Shown here: in pieces, positions 14,401-28,391 of the stretch
Numbering within the stretch: position 1 is the stretch's first letter
Layout: the number at the start of each line of letters is the position of its first letter
Assembly: GCA_012295275.1 (NCBI GenBank)
Contig: CM022665.1
Span: 22,382,001 to 22,446,000 of the forward strand
Reading direction: 5' to 3'
DNA length: 64,000 nt
From: Chrysomallon squamiferum
Lineage: Eukaryota; Animalia; Mollusca
The notes under the pieces: generated by a model
Databases searched by the model: none
Seen by the model: only the letters and a program-made list of their open reading frames with translations
What the model was told of the DNA's origin: nothing
Position numbers and translations under genes: made by a program

Positions 14401-17400
14401 CTGACAGATAGAATGGTTGGTTAATGAATAATGATGCTTGTAAAAAAAAAAATATATAAAAAAAAAAAAAAAATTTGCAAAATGGTTCTTCATAACTGAC
14501 CTATCAAGCAATTATGCAATAAATCATTTAATAATTCTTTCAATATTTTAACTATATTGCATTTTTCAGTTTTTATCAGTTATGAAGATGCACTGTTCAG
14601 TTACCTAAATGTATAAATTTTATATAAAAATGGAAATGTAAGATGGCTTTTGCTGAGATTTTCTTTTGCTTGGTGTTGGTTGTTTTTGAGGTTTTTTTGT
14701 TCAAAATATTTTAATTTCTTAATTTTATTATACTTTTATGAACAAAAATTGTAGTATAAATTGAGAAAAAGTCTGGGTTTTCTATCCATATTAAATTTTT
14801 ATATTCTTTTTTAAATTATTAGTAGTAATAGATACATGATAAAAATAAACAAAATAAAATAAAATTAGTTTAGGAAAATGTAGACCTATTAGAGCTTATT
14901 TAAATGTTCAGTTATTCGCTGAAAATTCAAGCCTGTCTTGTTTTCATATTTGAAAAATAATGTTAATTCTGGTATGTTAGAAGATTAGATAGAAAGATGT
15001 AATGTACTCACATATCTTGTATTAACTTCAGACAGGATCAGTGGATTAGTTACAGCACCAATAAAATGTATTTATTAACTGATTTTTATTCAAAAGTTGC
15101 AATCTATCAAATTTTAATAAACTGAAGTATTTCTGTTATTTCTATGCATGTAGTCACTTGGTCTTTTTCACATTTTTTTTTTCTGTCCTGCTTTGAATGT
15201 TACACCAGTATTATTTCTTCTTCAAAATCCATTTTCAGATAAAAGAAATTAATTGGTTCTTAAATCAGTTAAATTATTTCTTGATATCCACAAAGGGACA
15301 AAAAAGGACAAATATTGCATGAATTGATCAATTAGTTTTAAATGGGATAATTCCTTTGAGAGTAAAGGCTTGGGGTGATAAACAACACACAAAATGATAT
15401 GATAAATGAAGGACTCTCTTTCTCATCTTTAGCAATCAATTACTACTCCACAAAATGACATATTGACCAAGCAATATAAGCTAACTGCAAAAGTGTGTTC
15501 ACAAACTATCACTGGTAACGACCAAGCCACATGGGAGTTGAGGTATGATGACAGATCAATAAAATCAAGTCTTCACAATCAATACTTATAATCAATGTGT
15601 AAATGCTGATGATGCAAAAACATGTTGACCATAATGGTGTGGCAATAATGACAGTCACATTTTTTGTGATAAATGAAAGACAGACTGATTAAACTCAAAG
15701 AACTTAAAAACAGATAAACATGTACACATTTACCTATGAAGTCCATTGTGACACAAGCATTTATTCAACAGATGTGTGTTAATTTGTAATGTTATATTCA
15801 AATATTTGGTTAGAAGTATGTAAAATTTCATATGCTTTAGTTAAATAACGGCCAACAGTTGAATATATATCTATAAATATCACAATATATTCTGTAACCT
15901 ATACAATATACAATATAGCATAATTTGTTGTGAACTTGGTTTATTTATTCATCATGAACACTAAATGGTGAGTAATATATAAATATTTCTAGGTATGATC
16001 TCTCTTATTTTAACCTTTTTTTTTTTAAAACGAGTCTTGCCAGTGGTGACAAAGTGAAATTAAGGAAAATTAAAAACATCAGGCTCATTTGAAATTATTC
16101 TAACAACTTAGAATGTAAAACAAGCACTTGTTTTTAACATTAAAATGGGTTGGGTGGGGGAACTGTGGATTAAGAAATCATATATAATTTTACTGTTTTT
16201 ATTGTTTTTTTATTCCATTTATTTAAATTTTTTGATGAAAAATTCCACAAAATGTAATTTAGCCTAATTAGTACACACATCTACTTACACTGAAAGAATG
16301 TATATTTACTGGACATGTCACAATACATGTTTCATTAAGAAAGCAGTCAAGTAATTCTATAAATAAATAATTTCAGTTTCACGAGTCAAGCTTACTTTGT
16401 CATCAACTGATGTTTTGCTTATTTTCATTTTGCCATCATAATTTAAACACTATGATAAATTTATATCTGTTAATATATGAAGGTTTTTATGTATGTATGT
16501 ATATGACTGTATATTTGAGCAAATGTGTGATTTTCATTATGGTTTTGTATTGTTGTAATTTTCCTCTTGCATTTGGATAAAAAAAATATATTTTCTGATG
16601 ATAATAATAACAATAACCACAGTAATAATACAGCAAGCCTTCCCTAAATGCACATCCTATTTGGAAAAATCTGTAACAGCATCTGTTTACCTAATTCATT
16701 TTGTTATCATTTTGATGAACAACATTCTAAATTACAAACTGTTCTTCAGTGTCAAGAACAATGATGCTATTGTTACATGTATGCAATGTCAAAGTGTGAT
16801 CTGAAGGCTTGAACAATATGTCAGTTATAATGTAGACAGGTACATATCAGGTGAGAAACATAAACATCACTCTTGGAGTTTGTTATTAAATCCTTTGCCG
16901 TGAATCAAAGGTGTAAATTAATTTTGTTTTGCAATTTTATAAGCCACAAAACAAAAACATATATACAAATAATAAAGGCCTGAGAAGAAATTTTATTCTA
17001 CTGTAAAAAAAAAAAAATAATAATAATAAAAAAAATACTTTATTTGTTACAGAGAAACATTTGGTATAAACATACATTTTTTACCTTGTGAAAAAAAATT
17101 GTTTATGTCAAAGTACAAACATGATGAATTATGCTTCATTCAAAGATGAAGTCTATCATAGCTTTCCTAGGAATATGTAGAATTCCCTAAATCCTAGTAC
17201 CAAATATCTTCAGTGTTTGAAACATAAAATGTAGAAATTACTTTTTAATTAATTGATGATATTGTCTTCTTAGACACATCTTATATATATCTACAGAGAA
17301 TTTGCCTTCACATATTAATATTAAAAAATATATTGAATGAAAAAACATTTGTTGAGTTGGATATCTGAATTCAGAAGAAAAAAAAATTATAAGAGTTTTA

Positions 17401-17435
17401 TTGATACAATACATATATACACATGCACACATATA

Positions 17436-17468
<33 letters not shown>

Positions 17469-19767
17469 ATTAAGATAACATTCATTAAAATTATTTTGAT
17501 TTGAATTTCAGCCCGATAATATTATATTTCTTAAAGAGGCAATCTTTGAAATATTTATTTCTATAATATATATATACCGTGTCTTATTTGTGTATGTGTG
17601 TCTGTTTCTGTGGGTGCATGTATTAGGTGCATTTTATTTCATTTGTATTTTGTACAACATGTAATACTCACGTTGCTTCTATCACAACACCCACACCTTC
17701 AGGATGAATTGCTTCAGTAATGGCAACAGCTATTTGCTTGGTCAATCTTTCTTGTACTATAAAAAAAAAAAATTTAAACTCATTATAGGTAAGAACAATA
17801 AAACTGTCCTTGTATTACATGAAATTGATGTAAAAAGGAAGTGAGAAGCATTTATTAATTATAACTGTTACTGAAAGACAGCTGGTTCAAACTATTTTAA
17901 TGATATTTTTAAGTTTATTATTTCCGTTCTATACAGCACTGGGTTACAATCTATTATTTACAGAACGTATCTTTTTAGAATATAAATTTTCAACTGTTAC
18001 TGTTATTTCAATATTACTTAAAAAAATAAATGTAAATTAAACTGAAATAAATGGAAGATTTTACATTTTTTTGTTGCTTTACTGTTTTTTTAATATGGAA
18101 ACACACATTACAGAACAAATCAAGCATTCACCAGTAATACAAGGTAAGAAAATAGTTGTTGGACTGGTTAATATAAGATTAAATTAATATTCAATGGACA
18201 CACACACACAGTTGAGCTTTAACAATTCAAAATTCAATCTTTCAAACAACTCTGCCTCGGCCAATTCCTATGTGTAATGACCTTCAAAAAACAAATACCT
18301 CTATTTCCCAAAGTCATTTTTCAGTACCAGACTACTGTGTTAATAGAAATTAGCCTTTGAAAACTCAAAGCACTGGAATGGTCAAACTGTTGTTTCCACT
18401 GATTACGTGGTACAAAATATATATGCTTCTATCAGCTTGCTTTGTATTTGGTATAGGGCCTCATTACATAACTGCAGTCTTAAAAGAACTGTTGTAGTAA
18501 ACTGTTGAAGGTCACTGATTGGTGTTTGTTTGCTTACAAATGAGTGTATCATGTCAGACATACTATTTGCAATTTAAATACCCTTTATCGGAATTGTGTT
18601 ACGTTCAACCAAGTTTGGAAATCTAAAAATGCATGAACCTGGTGTTTATTTCTTGTTATTTATTACAATTTGTTTTTCTGGTAGTGTATGTACATCTGTT
18701 TTTTATTTTTTATTTATCAATTAATACATTTGCATACACACACATAGACCTAAGAACCAACTTTTTATTGATTTTGTTATTTACTAAATATGCAACAGCA
18801 CTTTCAAAAATTCAAACTCCCTGAAATTGAAGTTCAGCTGCATATAAAATCTGTTTACTGATTATATATAAAGTACAGCAGTCCTTAAAACACTAAATGT
18901 AATAAGGATGTTCTGCATAAAAAAGTAATAAACATCAAGTTACTGTAGACAAATAATTATGTTAAATAATAAAAAAGAACTATGTTACCTTGAAGTCTAC
19001 GACTAAATACTTCAACAATTCTGAAAAAAATTAAAATAAATATACTATTAAATATTTTTAATCAGAAGAAAAACAGACAGGTGAAAATTGTACATCTTTA
19101 ATGCAGCAAGTGAAAACTATTAAACATGTAAAAATTAATCTTATATTATTAGTTGTAGTTGTTCAGTTTACATCTTTAAAATTGTCATTTAAAAAATGTT
19201 TTCATCAAAGAAACACACTTAGTGACACAAAGGAATTAAGGAATTTATTTTTATTGTCTTCTGGTTACAGAAATAAAACTGCTGATTTTGTAAATTATGA
19301 CATTTGTTATTTTTCACACAACTCATGCTGAAATCACATTTGCTGCATTTGCAAAATCAAATCTGTGATAATCATTTTAAAAAAAAAGGTGTGACAGAAA
19401 CCTAAATATATTTTTAGATAAGAATATCCTGAATCCAAAATACAGTTACAAAAAGATTTCAGTAGCTGCTTTTAATTGATCAGTAATCATAAAACCAAAG
19501 ATCTATCAAATGTCAGAGTAATAACCTAAGTTTCTGACATTTAAAAATTAAGAATTTTCATAACTTTTCTAGTTATAAAAATGATTAGTTCTCTGACGTA
19601 TTTTAATTTCAAAAATAAAATAATAAATTATGTAAATAAAATAATAACAAATAAATACATGAAGCCTAAATATTGATTCAGTATCATAAGAATTTAATAT
19701 TGTTTAGAATCTAATATTATGAAAATATTTTTCTATCATTCTTTTTATTCTTCCTTTATTAATATTA

Positions 19768-19809
<42 letters not shown>

Positions 19810-22800
19810 ACAAATCAGATCAAAAAGAGGCCACATCTAAGAAAAAAAATATCTGTTTAAAAGTTTCTATTTGTGGTTCAGCTTTTATCATGGCTCATTA
19901 ATGGCAATAACAGCAATAAAAAGGTTTAAGTAAAAGGGATTGATTAATCTGAGACTTTGGTTGTTCACACTCCATTAGTGTTGAAACATGAAGGAAATGA
20001 TAGATTCAACATTCAGGAGCTCTTACTATTTTGGGCTTTACTGCAGTTTGAAATATGGAAAACAGATTGGTTGACTGATCAATATAGTGAGTCAGATCAA
20101 TTCTATTTACTGTAGTTGTACGAGTGATTGCATTTAGCCAGATTTGTCCTTCCTGCAAGTTTGAAAAAGACACTGAACAGGTCTTGCTCATGCTGAGTCC
20201 AAAAAACAGTTTCAGGATATTTGAGGTGGAGAGAGAGCTTAAAAAAAATAAAGATAACTTATGTTTTGTAGTTAATTCAGTGATGTCAAAGAAACTTCAA
20301 ATCAGATTGAAATGATTTTATTTTTCTTCTGTGGTTTAGATTTATACAGTCACACAAAATATGCATATACATACAACTTTATTTTTACTTAGAAGGATCA
20401 ATATGAAATAAATTTGAATATGATAAATTTCCATCTACAATTTTATGCAACAATATTTGGTCAAATCAAGAAAACTTACCTGGCTAATTTACTTAAACCT
20501 AGAATTCGTTTATTAGGAAGATAACCAATAGACACCTGAAAAATTAAATTCATAGTCTGAATACATTCTAGCAATTCCAAACATATAAAAACAAATATCG
20601 ATAATTGTTTAAATAATGCTCGTTTCAGTTTAGTAAAGCAAAATAAAATAAATGTACATGTCTTTATTTTTCTTCCCTACCCCCCTCCATTTTAAAATGT
20701 ATTCATGGTATTATTTCTGAAATTTTACTTGAGGCCCATGATTTTTTGTTAATTAAAATTAAAATAGTTTTGGGAATTTTCTGATCCTTATCAAAATCTG
20801 ATCCTTATCTAGATTTTCCAGATATATTAATGTTTAAACTATGTATTACAATACCATTAAATAGTTTTTTCTAAGTTTTTATGCCAATAAAGCTTGTAAT
20901 ATATCTTATTTAATGACTTTTTTGTTCCGATGATATCTACAGTGACAGTGATTAACAGTTCAATTTCAGTTGTGTTTTAGTTCTAAAACACTCATCTTGC
21001 ATCTGAATGATGATGCTTAAAAAGCAATTTGGCTCAGATGCTGACCGTATTAAATCATAAATATGTCATCTCAATTCAGCTCATATTCTCATGCTGTCAA
21101 GTGAGTTATTACCCAAACTTGACATTAGTGGAATAGATATACTTTTGATGTAGCATCAGAACTTCCATGTGAACATCCAAGAGAAGCAGTCTTTCAATAC
21201 AAAATCTTCACATTTACAAATGTTAAGACAACTGAGAATGGCATCAAAATACTCCACAGCTCTTAAACAAGCCAGCCAGTATGGCTTGTTACCATACATC
21301 CCTGGATTTCATTTAAATACCTTTTCTCTTGGTCTATATTCAAATAATTACCAAATCCATGTTTAATTCATTTAACTGAACTTCATACAATAAAATATTT
21401 TAAAAATAATATTAAGACAAATATATTAATCTTTATGAAATTTTTATTTTAACCACGACAGTTTTATGTAATAATTATATATTGTTTTCTTTAATAACAA
21501 TCAATACTAATTAATGACTATCATTTTAGAACAGCATTAGAATATACTAAGTATATTAACCAATACAAGAGTAACAAATAAAATAAAGCAGCATTTTATT
21601 ACCTTCATTGGTCCAAAATAAACAAATAAGCAATTAACAAAATATGCAAGTTATTTGTAAACATTGGTTTACGCCACTGGTTGCCACAATGGTCAGTGCC
21701 AACCCCCTTTTGTCAGAGGCTACTCTCAAAGGGTCAATAAGAAGTAGAGGGTTGTTAGGGAATTAGTAAGAGATAAATGATCTTTAGGGTTTATTTTTTA
21801 AAAGAAATTTTAATATTCAGTAGGAAAAACAAAATAATAAAAAATATAGAATTTACCTAATTTTGTAAATTCCTGATTGGACTGCATCTCCTTTTGACTC
21901 ATTTCAAGTAAATTATCACAGACAAACAGAATTTTTTTTACCAACTTACAGACAAAACTGCTGATCGCAAAGCAAAAGTATTGTTAAAAAATAAGACTAT
22001 TGAATTAGTTTTGTAAATTAATGCAAGAGTATTACCTTTTTATTTTAGTGTTCCCGTCTTCATGGATTTAGCCATGCTAACATACTTCTAAATAAGCAGC
22101 AAATCATGCTTACTTGGAAGAAATAGGAGACTTAACATTAATTCTTACAAACTACCAGCCTTGTGTAAAAGTTTATGAAAAAAAAAACCATTAAAAATTA
22201 ACTTTAGTATAAAAATGTTAAGTTGCTTGATTAACTGTAAATGCTTTTAAAATATAGTTTATACAATAACGTAATCATTATTATTCAAAAACACTTTGTA
22301 AAAAAGATTTTAGAAATATTTATTATTTATTATCAATATTTTTAAATTTCAATCCAAGAATAAATCGTTACAGATCTTTATCAGCATGAGAAATAATTTT
22401 AAAAATATTGTATTTCAACACATAATACATAATTTTGATGTATATTTTGCAATTTAAATAATTTGAACAGTTTTTTGACGTCGAAAATAAAAACGTCTGC
22501 TTGAAATTGGTGACCAAAACAACTCATAAAACAAACCCTCTGGGAATCGTCTATTTTACATGAAACTTCATAGAAATATCGTCAGATATGTATATTTTGT
22601 CTTCATTATATTTATATAACTCTTTATGCTTACAGCAGTTAAATAAGCTTGACTTTTACGACACAGATTTCCAACAGCAAATTTTCCTCGTTTCAACTAA
22701 TTTTAGGAGGGAAGAATTTCCAAAACGAGGCTGCAGACGATAACGCCGATTACTGTCACTATGTCAGAAATAAAAAATAGCACTCTCTTACAACTTGCAA

Positions 22801-25251
22801 AATACGCGACCACATTCTGATCAAGTCCGTCAATACTAGATTCGCTTACGTAAACATCTTGTAACACTGCAATTCGGCCGACAGTCACATACTTACGCTT
22901 GTACACCATACAATCTTTTAGTTTACACTTTCAAGTTACAGGAACGTTCGCGATCAACTGGAATCAGGAATGGTTTGGGCCATTTTACCTGAATCTCAGA
23001 CATTTACAGTTTCTGCATTGTGATAATCAGACCGTAACGTGTTCTTACTCTGCTAAAGAAATTACTAATTTTTGTTAACTCCTAAAAAATTTCGTTTTCT
23101 AACCTTTTTTGTGAATGTAATACATGCCGTTGTGAGACATTTTTCGCATAGCAGACGTCAAATCACGTGATAGTCGCAAAACTCTTTATAATGAAAATGG
23201 TTGCACAATAAAAAAAAAATGGTAATAATAAATAAGTCCGGTAAAAAATAATGGCATTTGTTCAAAACAAGATGCGGCTGCAAATAATATAAAAGTATTT
23301 TAGAAGTCGTAACATCCAATCAGCCGAAGTGTTCCGATTATCAAAGTCGGAGCTCTCCGGCATGTAAGTCTAAAACGAATTACTCTTCTTATCTATATTA
23401 ACTTCAGCCGACTACACACACTTGTAAGCGTTATCTCGCTACTAAAATACAATAAAAAAATAAATAAAAAATTGGATGTTTCTGTATTCGTGTTGGTATT
23501 TACTATTTTTATAACTCCAACTTGGGTGAAGGATAAAAAAAAATAATAATAAATAAAAACGATTTATCCACGGGCATATTGAATATTCGGAATCTAGCTG
23601 ACAAAACCGTGTTATTATAAACTAAGATAATAACAATAAATATTAAAATAATTTAATTAACACGTGTTTTCTGAAAAATGTCCAAGAAACAATTACTTTA
23701 TAAATGTATTCATAAAAAAAAAAATACAATTAAAAAAAAAGTAATAATAATAATAATACATAAATAATTTCCTTTTTCAAGACTGATTTATCAAAGGCAT
23801 TGATTTTATAAGTGTGTGTATGTATGTATATAAAAGATCACTTGATGCTAATCACTAAATGCAGCAATGAAACTATTTATAAATAAATTAACACAGTTAA
23901 CAAAAATGACTCCATGTTACCATTTTTATTACTATAATGTGCTATTTGTCAATATTTGTATCAGCTGACAGTTCACACAAACTTAATACAATATAGGTCA
24001 TAATCAAAGTACATACCTTCCCCATAAAAGGCACCAGATGGTGTTCACATAGAGAAAACATCTCTATGTCCTTTACAATAACCATTTCATCATGGTCTTC
24101 ATCAAATATTGCATCATTTAAAATATCTGAAAATAAAACATCAATACCTGTTATTTTACATACCAAAAAAACCTGTAAAGAATAAGTGAAAGTTATTTTT
24201 TACAATAAATAATTTTATATTATTTATGGGATTCTTTCTTCTTTTTTTAAACTGCACACAGCAAACCAGATAACAAAATTTCCATTTGGTAATGAGGCAG
24301 AATGAAAAATATTGTGTTATTATCTTTCACTAGCATCAAATTTCAAAACAGCAAACTAATTTTCTGTTTGGTTAGCTATAATTGGAAATTATTTTCTTGC
24401 ATTAGTTGGGAATACTATCAATTTTCTGGTTACGTGAGTAAACATTATACTATATAGCATTATTTATTTATGCTTTGATTGTCAAACTAAATGGTTATAA
24501 GAAACTGATAATGTAAAATTTGTGATTAAAGATCTCAAACTACAATTTATTTAATACCAAAAGTAATTTGATAAAAGAAAGTCTATAATCACACTCATGA
24601 ACATGTTTTACAGTCTTACTTTATTTTTAGTAAAGATTAGTTGCAAATTTAAATTTTAAAAACCACTTCAAACCACAGAAATATATTGAGGCAATTTGTC
24701 CAGCTTGAAAAGTACATTTTAATTTCTTTTTAAATCAGTCCTGATCAATAGTCAGTTATGTTATGTTTGTCTTGGAGATAGTCATTTGCGTGACAACCAG
24801 CATTCTGTTCACTGTGGGTCATACTGATTGCAAGAAAAAGCAGCATCCTACCCTCTCCTTGTCAAGCTAGTTAATTCTGAGACACTGAAGTTATACAGCA
24901 GAGATCAATAGCAATTCATCATTCATACCAGAGAGAATGAATACAAACAGAAGTTAGAAATCACTGAATTATCAGTGGTTCAAGATCAAACAAGGGCAGT
25001 GAAGACCGTTTCTAAATGAGGCTTGATGGGGAATTTAATGTAAGTGCTGGTGTTAGACAAAAGAACAAATACAAGATGTGCTAAATTTGTATTAAAACTG
25101 AGTCTTTATACTTAAAAAAAATAATAATTAAAACTGATCAGAATCACAGATTCATCAGTGATAGGAATATTTGTGTAAAATTATGACTATTTTTTTTTTT
25201 TTTTGAAGACATCAGTCAAAATTGCATATATATAATGCAATGCATATTTTT

Positions 25252-25289
<38 letters not shown>

Positions 25290-27816
25290 TTATTATTATT
25301 ATTATTATTTTAAATATGTCTCAAAAACAGACATGTAATTTGCTGATGTTTTCTTTAAAAAAAAAAAAAAATGCAGAATACTTAAATTTTATAACTAAGA
25401 CCAGTTCATAGTAACTTCAGTTCCAGGAAGCAATGATTCTAAAATAAAACTTCAGGCTTCTATTTTTAAAAGATAAAATAATAACCCTTTAGGATCAAAT
25501 TACAGTTAAGCCTTTCTGATAAACAAATAAATTCTTACAGGTACTTATGTGCTAAAATGAATATTAATTATAGCTTTTTGCTGATGGTTAATATTAGTTA
25601 CATCATTATGATATTTAAGAAACTAAAACTTGTTTGTGTTCATAGCATTTGCCAAGACCATAAGAATATATATGAAAACACTTTACAAAGCTAAATTTTA
25701 TTATATATACTACTATTATTATTTTTTATTAATTTTTATTTTTTTCTCCCATAGAATCTGTAACGGTTTCTGGAATAAATAACATATAAAGATGGTTTTA
25801 TAAATAAGATGTGTTTCTTAAAGTTACACATCACTGCTTCTACATAATGTGAAAGCTGAAGTTTTAGGGAAGATACTGTGACAATACTATCAAGCTGTCA
25901 GGCTCAGTCTAGAATACAACTATTACATCCCATTACCATATCCAATTACAACTAAGCTAAATGTTATAAGACTTCTATACTAACTGGCTCACAAACCTAA
26001 ATAATACATTTACTCACATGGACAAAATAACTTACTAGTGCCCCAGTTCAGTATAAACAAAGTAATTTGATACATAGTATGTTCTAAAAAGAAATGTATG
26101 TATAATTTAATCTCTTATATTTTGTGGACAATTCAGAACAGGGTGATGCCATTTAACACAGAAAGATATACAGGTCACTGAGATATGAGAAAAATGTGAA
26201 TGTCCTACAGAGAAATTAATCCTTACCTGTAATGATATCTACATATATACTTTTAAAAAAACTGTCTTTACCTGTTACATGACTAAAGATGCAACAGATC
26301 TACAGGACTAGTTTTTTTTCACATTATATTTACCTAATATTTGATTCTTCTGTAATAGTCTACTTATGGAATAAGTATATTTACTTATTATGTTTAAGAC
26401 AGGTCAATATTGAACTAATTTTTTTGTTATATATCTGCCTACATGATACATGACTCTTCATAATAACAGATGTATAATAATAATATTAACCTACTATGTG
26501 TTGAAATATAAATGTGAACTTGTGTATGCACACAGCAGTAGTAAAATCTAGATATAATATTGTATTTACATCCATATTAACAAAAAAAAACATTACAATA
26601 ATAAAAGAATTGTTTTATGATTCAGTTTTCCTGTGTTGTAGAATATGTATAATATATGTGTGTAAACACTCTAAAGATTGTAATAGAAAATAAAAATAGT
26701 TAATATATTTTTAACTGTTATGTGATCACATCTTCAAACAAAGTGCAAAAAATTAGTTTACTTCTTCACTTTTTTGTTTTTTATTTTTGATCTTCTGCAA
26801 CATTCTAACAAAGTATGAATAAATCAGATACTTTTATAAAATTATGACAGATTAAAAATGTCTACTTGTTTATAAAATTCAGTCTAATTATAATTTGTGA
26901 AATAAAAAAATGTCTACGTCCAGTGTTAGCTTTCTTATAATTCAATATAATTATTACTGGTGAAAATAAAAAAGTCTGCTTGCAGTGTTAAGTTACATGA
27001 CACAGTCAGACCAGACAAACACCATAAACAGAAACAGATGTTTGAAATGGTCACGTTTGGAGGTTTTTTTTTTTTTTTTCTGCAGTTAATTGTATTATAT
27101 TAGTTATAGATATAACTGAATTCAGTCAAGTACATTATTAATTAATTTTAAAGCAGCTCTATTTTTATATTAAAACACACAAAGAATATTAGAATAGTGC
27201 AGGTATGTTATATGTATAAAATTATCTTAATGGTTATTAAACAAGTTGACTATAAAAAAAAAGATTTTTCAAGCTCTTCTCAACAGATAACAACAATAAA
27301 AAAAATAAATACAAAATTTAAAAAAACAACTAGTCAAATTCCAAAACTGTTAGAAAAGTTGAAACTATTTTATTAAGAAATACAAATAATGTTAAAGAAA
27401 AGTTAGATTCTGAGCAAGATTACCAAATTAGAATCCATTTTCTTTTCCATATGCATCTTCTTTTTATCAGTTCTAGAACTTCTAAACACAAAATCAATAA
27501 TAAAGAAACATTTATTTCTAGAACTAGAAAGAAAAAGAATAAAAAAACTTTAAAACATTAATTTACTAAATGCATATTGCGATTATAATAAAGTGCAATA
27601 TTTGTGTAATTAAAAAAATTAAAAATGCATTTTCTAAATGTATATTATGTTTGAGCTATATATTATTATATAGAATGGTCAATTAGTAGTATGTATCCAT
27701 TCACCATTTTATAATGAATAAATCCATTGACGTAGATCATAATTCATAACTAGTGAAACCAAAAAAAACCACCAAAAACTAAATAAACATATATATATAT
27801 ATATATATATATGTTT

Positions 27817-27856
<40 letters not shown>

Positions 27857-28355
27857 TGCTTTAAATGTACTTTGTATTTACTTTTCTTACTAAGGGAAAC
27901 TGCGTAGCTGTAATTCCTTGGAGTTGTTCAATATATCACCCTCTGGGCTATTATCTTTACAATATTGCATCAGACACTTAATAACCATTAACTATAAATT
28001 TGAAGTATCATTAAACATTCATTCATTCACTCCAAGCTTATGAATTTGTTTCTTTATATTCACACCTTTACAACCAAACACAGTATAGCCCTTAGATTCT
28101 GATAAATGTTTGGTGGCTGTTGTATTAAAATCAGGCTATCTGCACTAAAATTTTAAAACCCTGTTGTTTAATAACCAGATATTTAGGTTAACATTTACAA
28201 TCTCCGAGACTCAAAAATATTTATGTATACTACTGTATGATGTAAAACATAAGAGATTTAATATTTATTACTTAGTTACCAATATGAACTAATACCTGTT
28301 CTTGAAACTGATAAATAAAAGAGGTGCATTTGCAAAAGACATAGTAGAACAGAAC

Positions 28356-28391
<36 letters not shown>

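Noticed and set aside
14150-14500. Possibly coding-like minus-strand stretch in GCH1 intron 5
   Set aside because: It has in-frame stops and no motif I can recognise. It may be an old TE fragment, but I cannot support that.
22703-22909. 68-aa minus-strand ORF within the intronic CpG island
   Set aside because: No recognisable homology; an ORF of this length is expected by chance in the locally higher GC.
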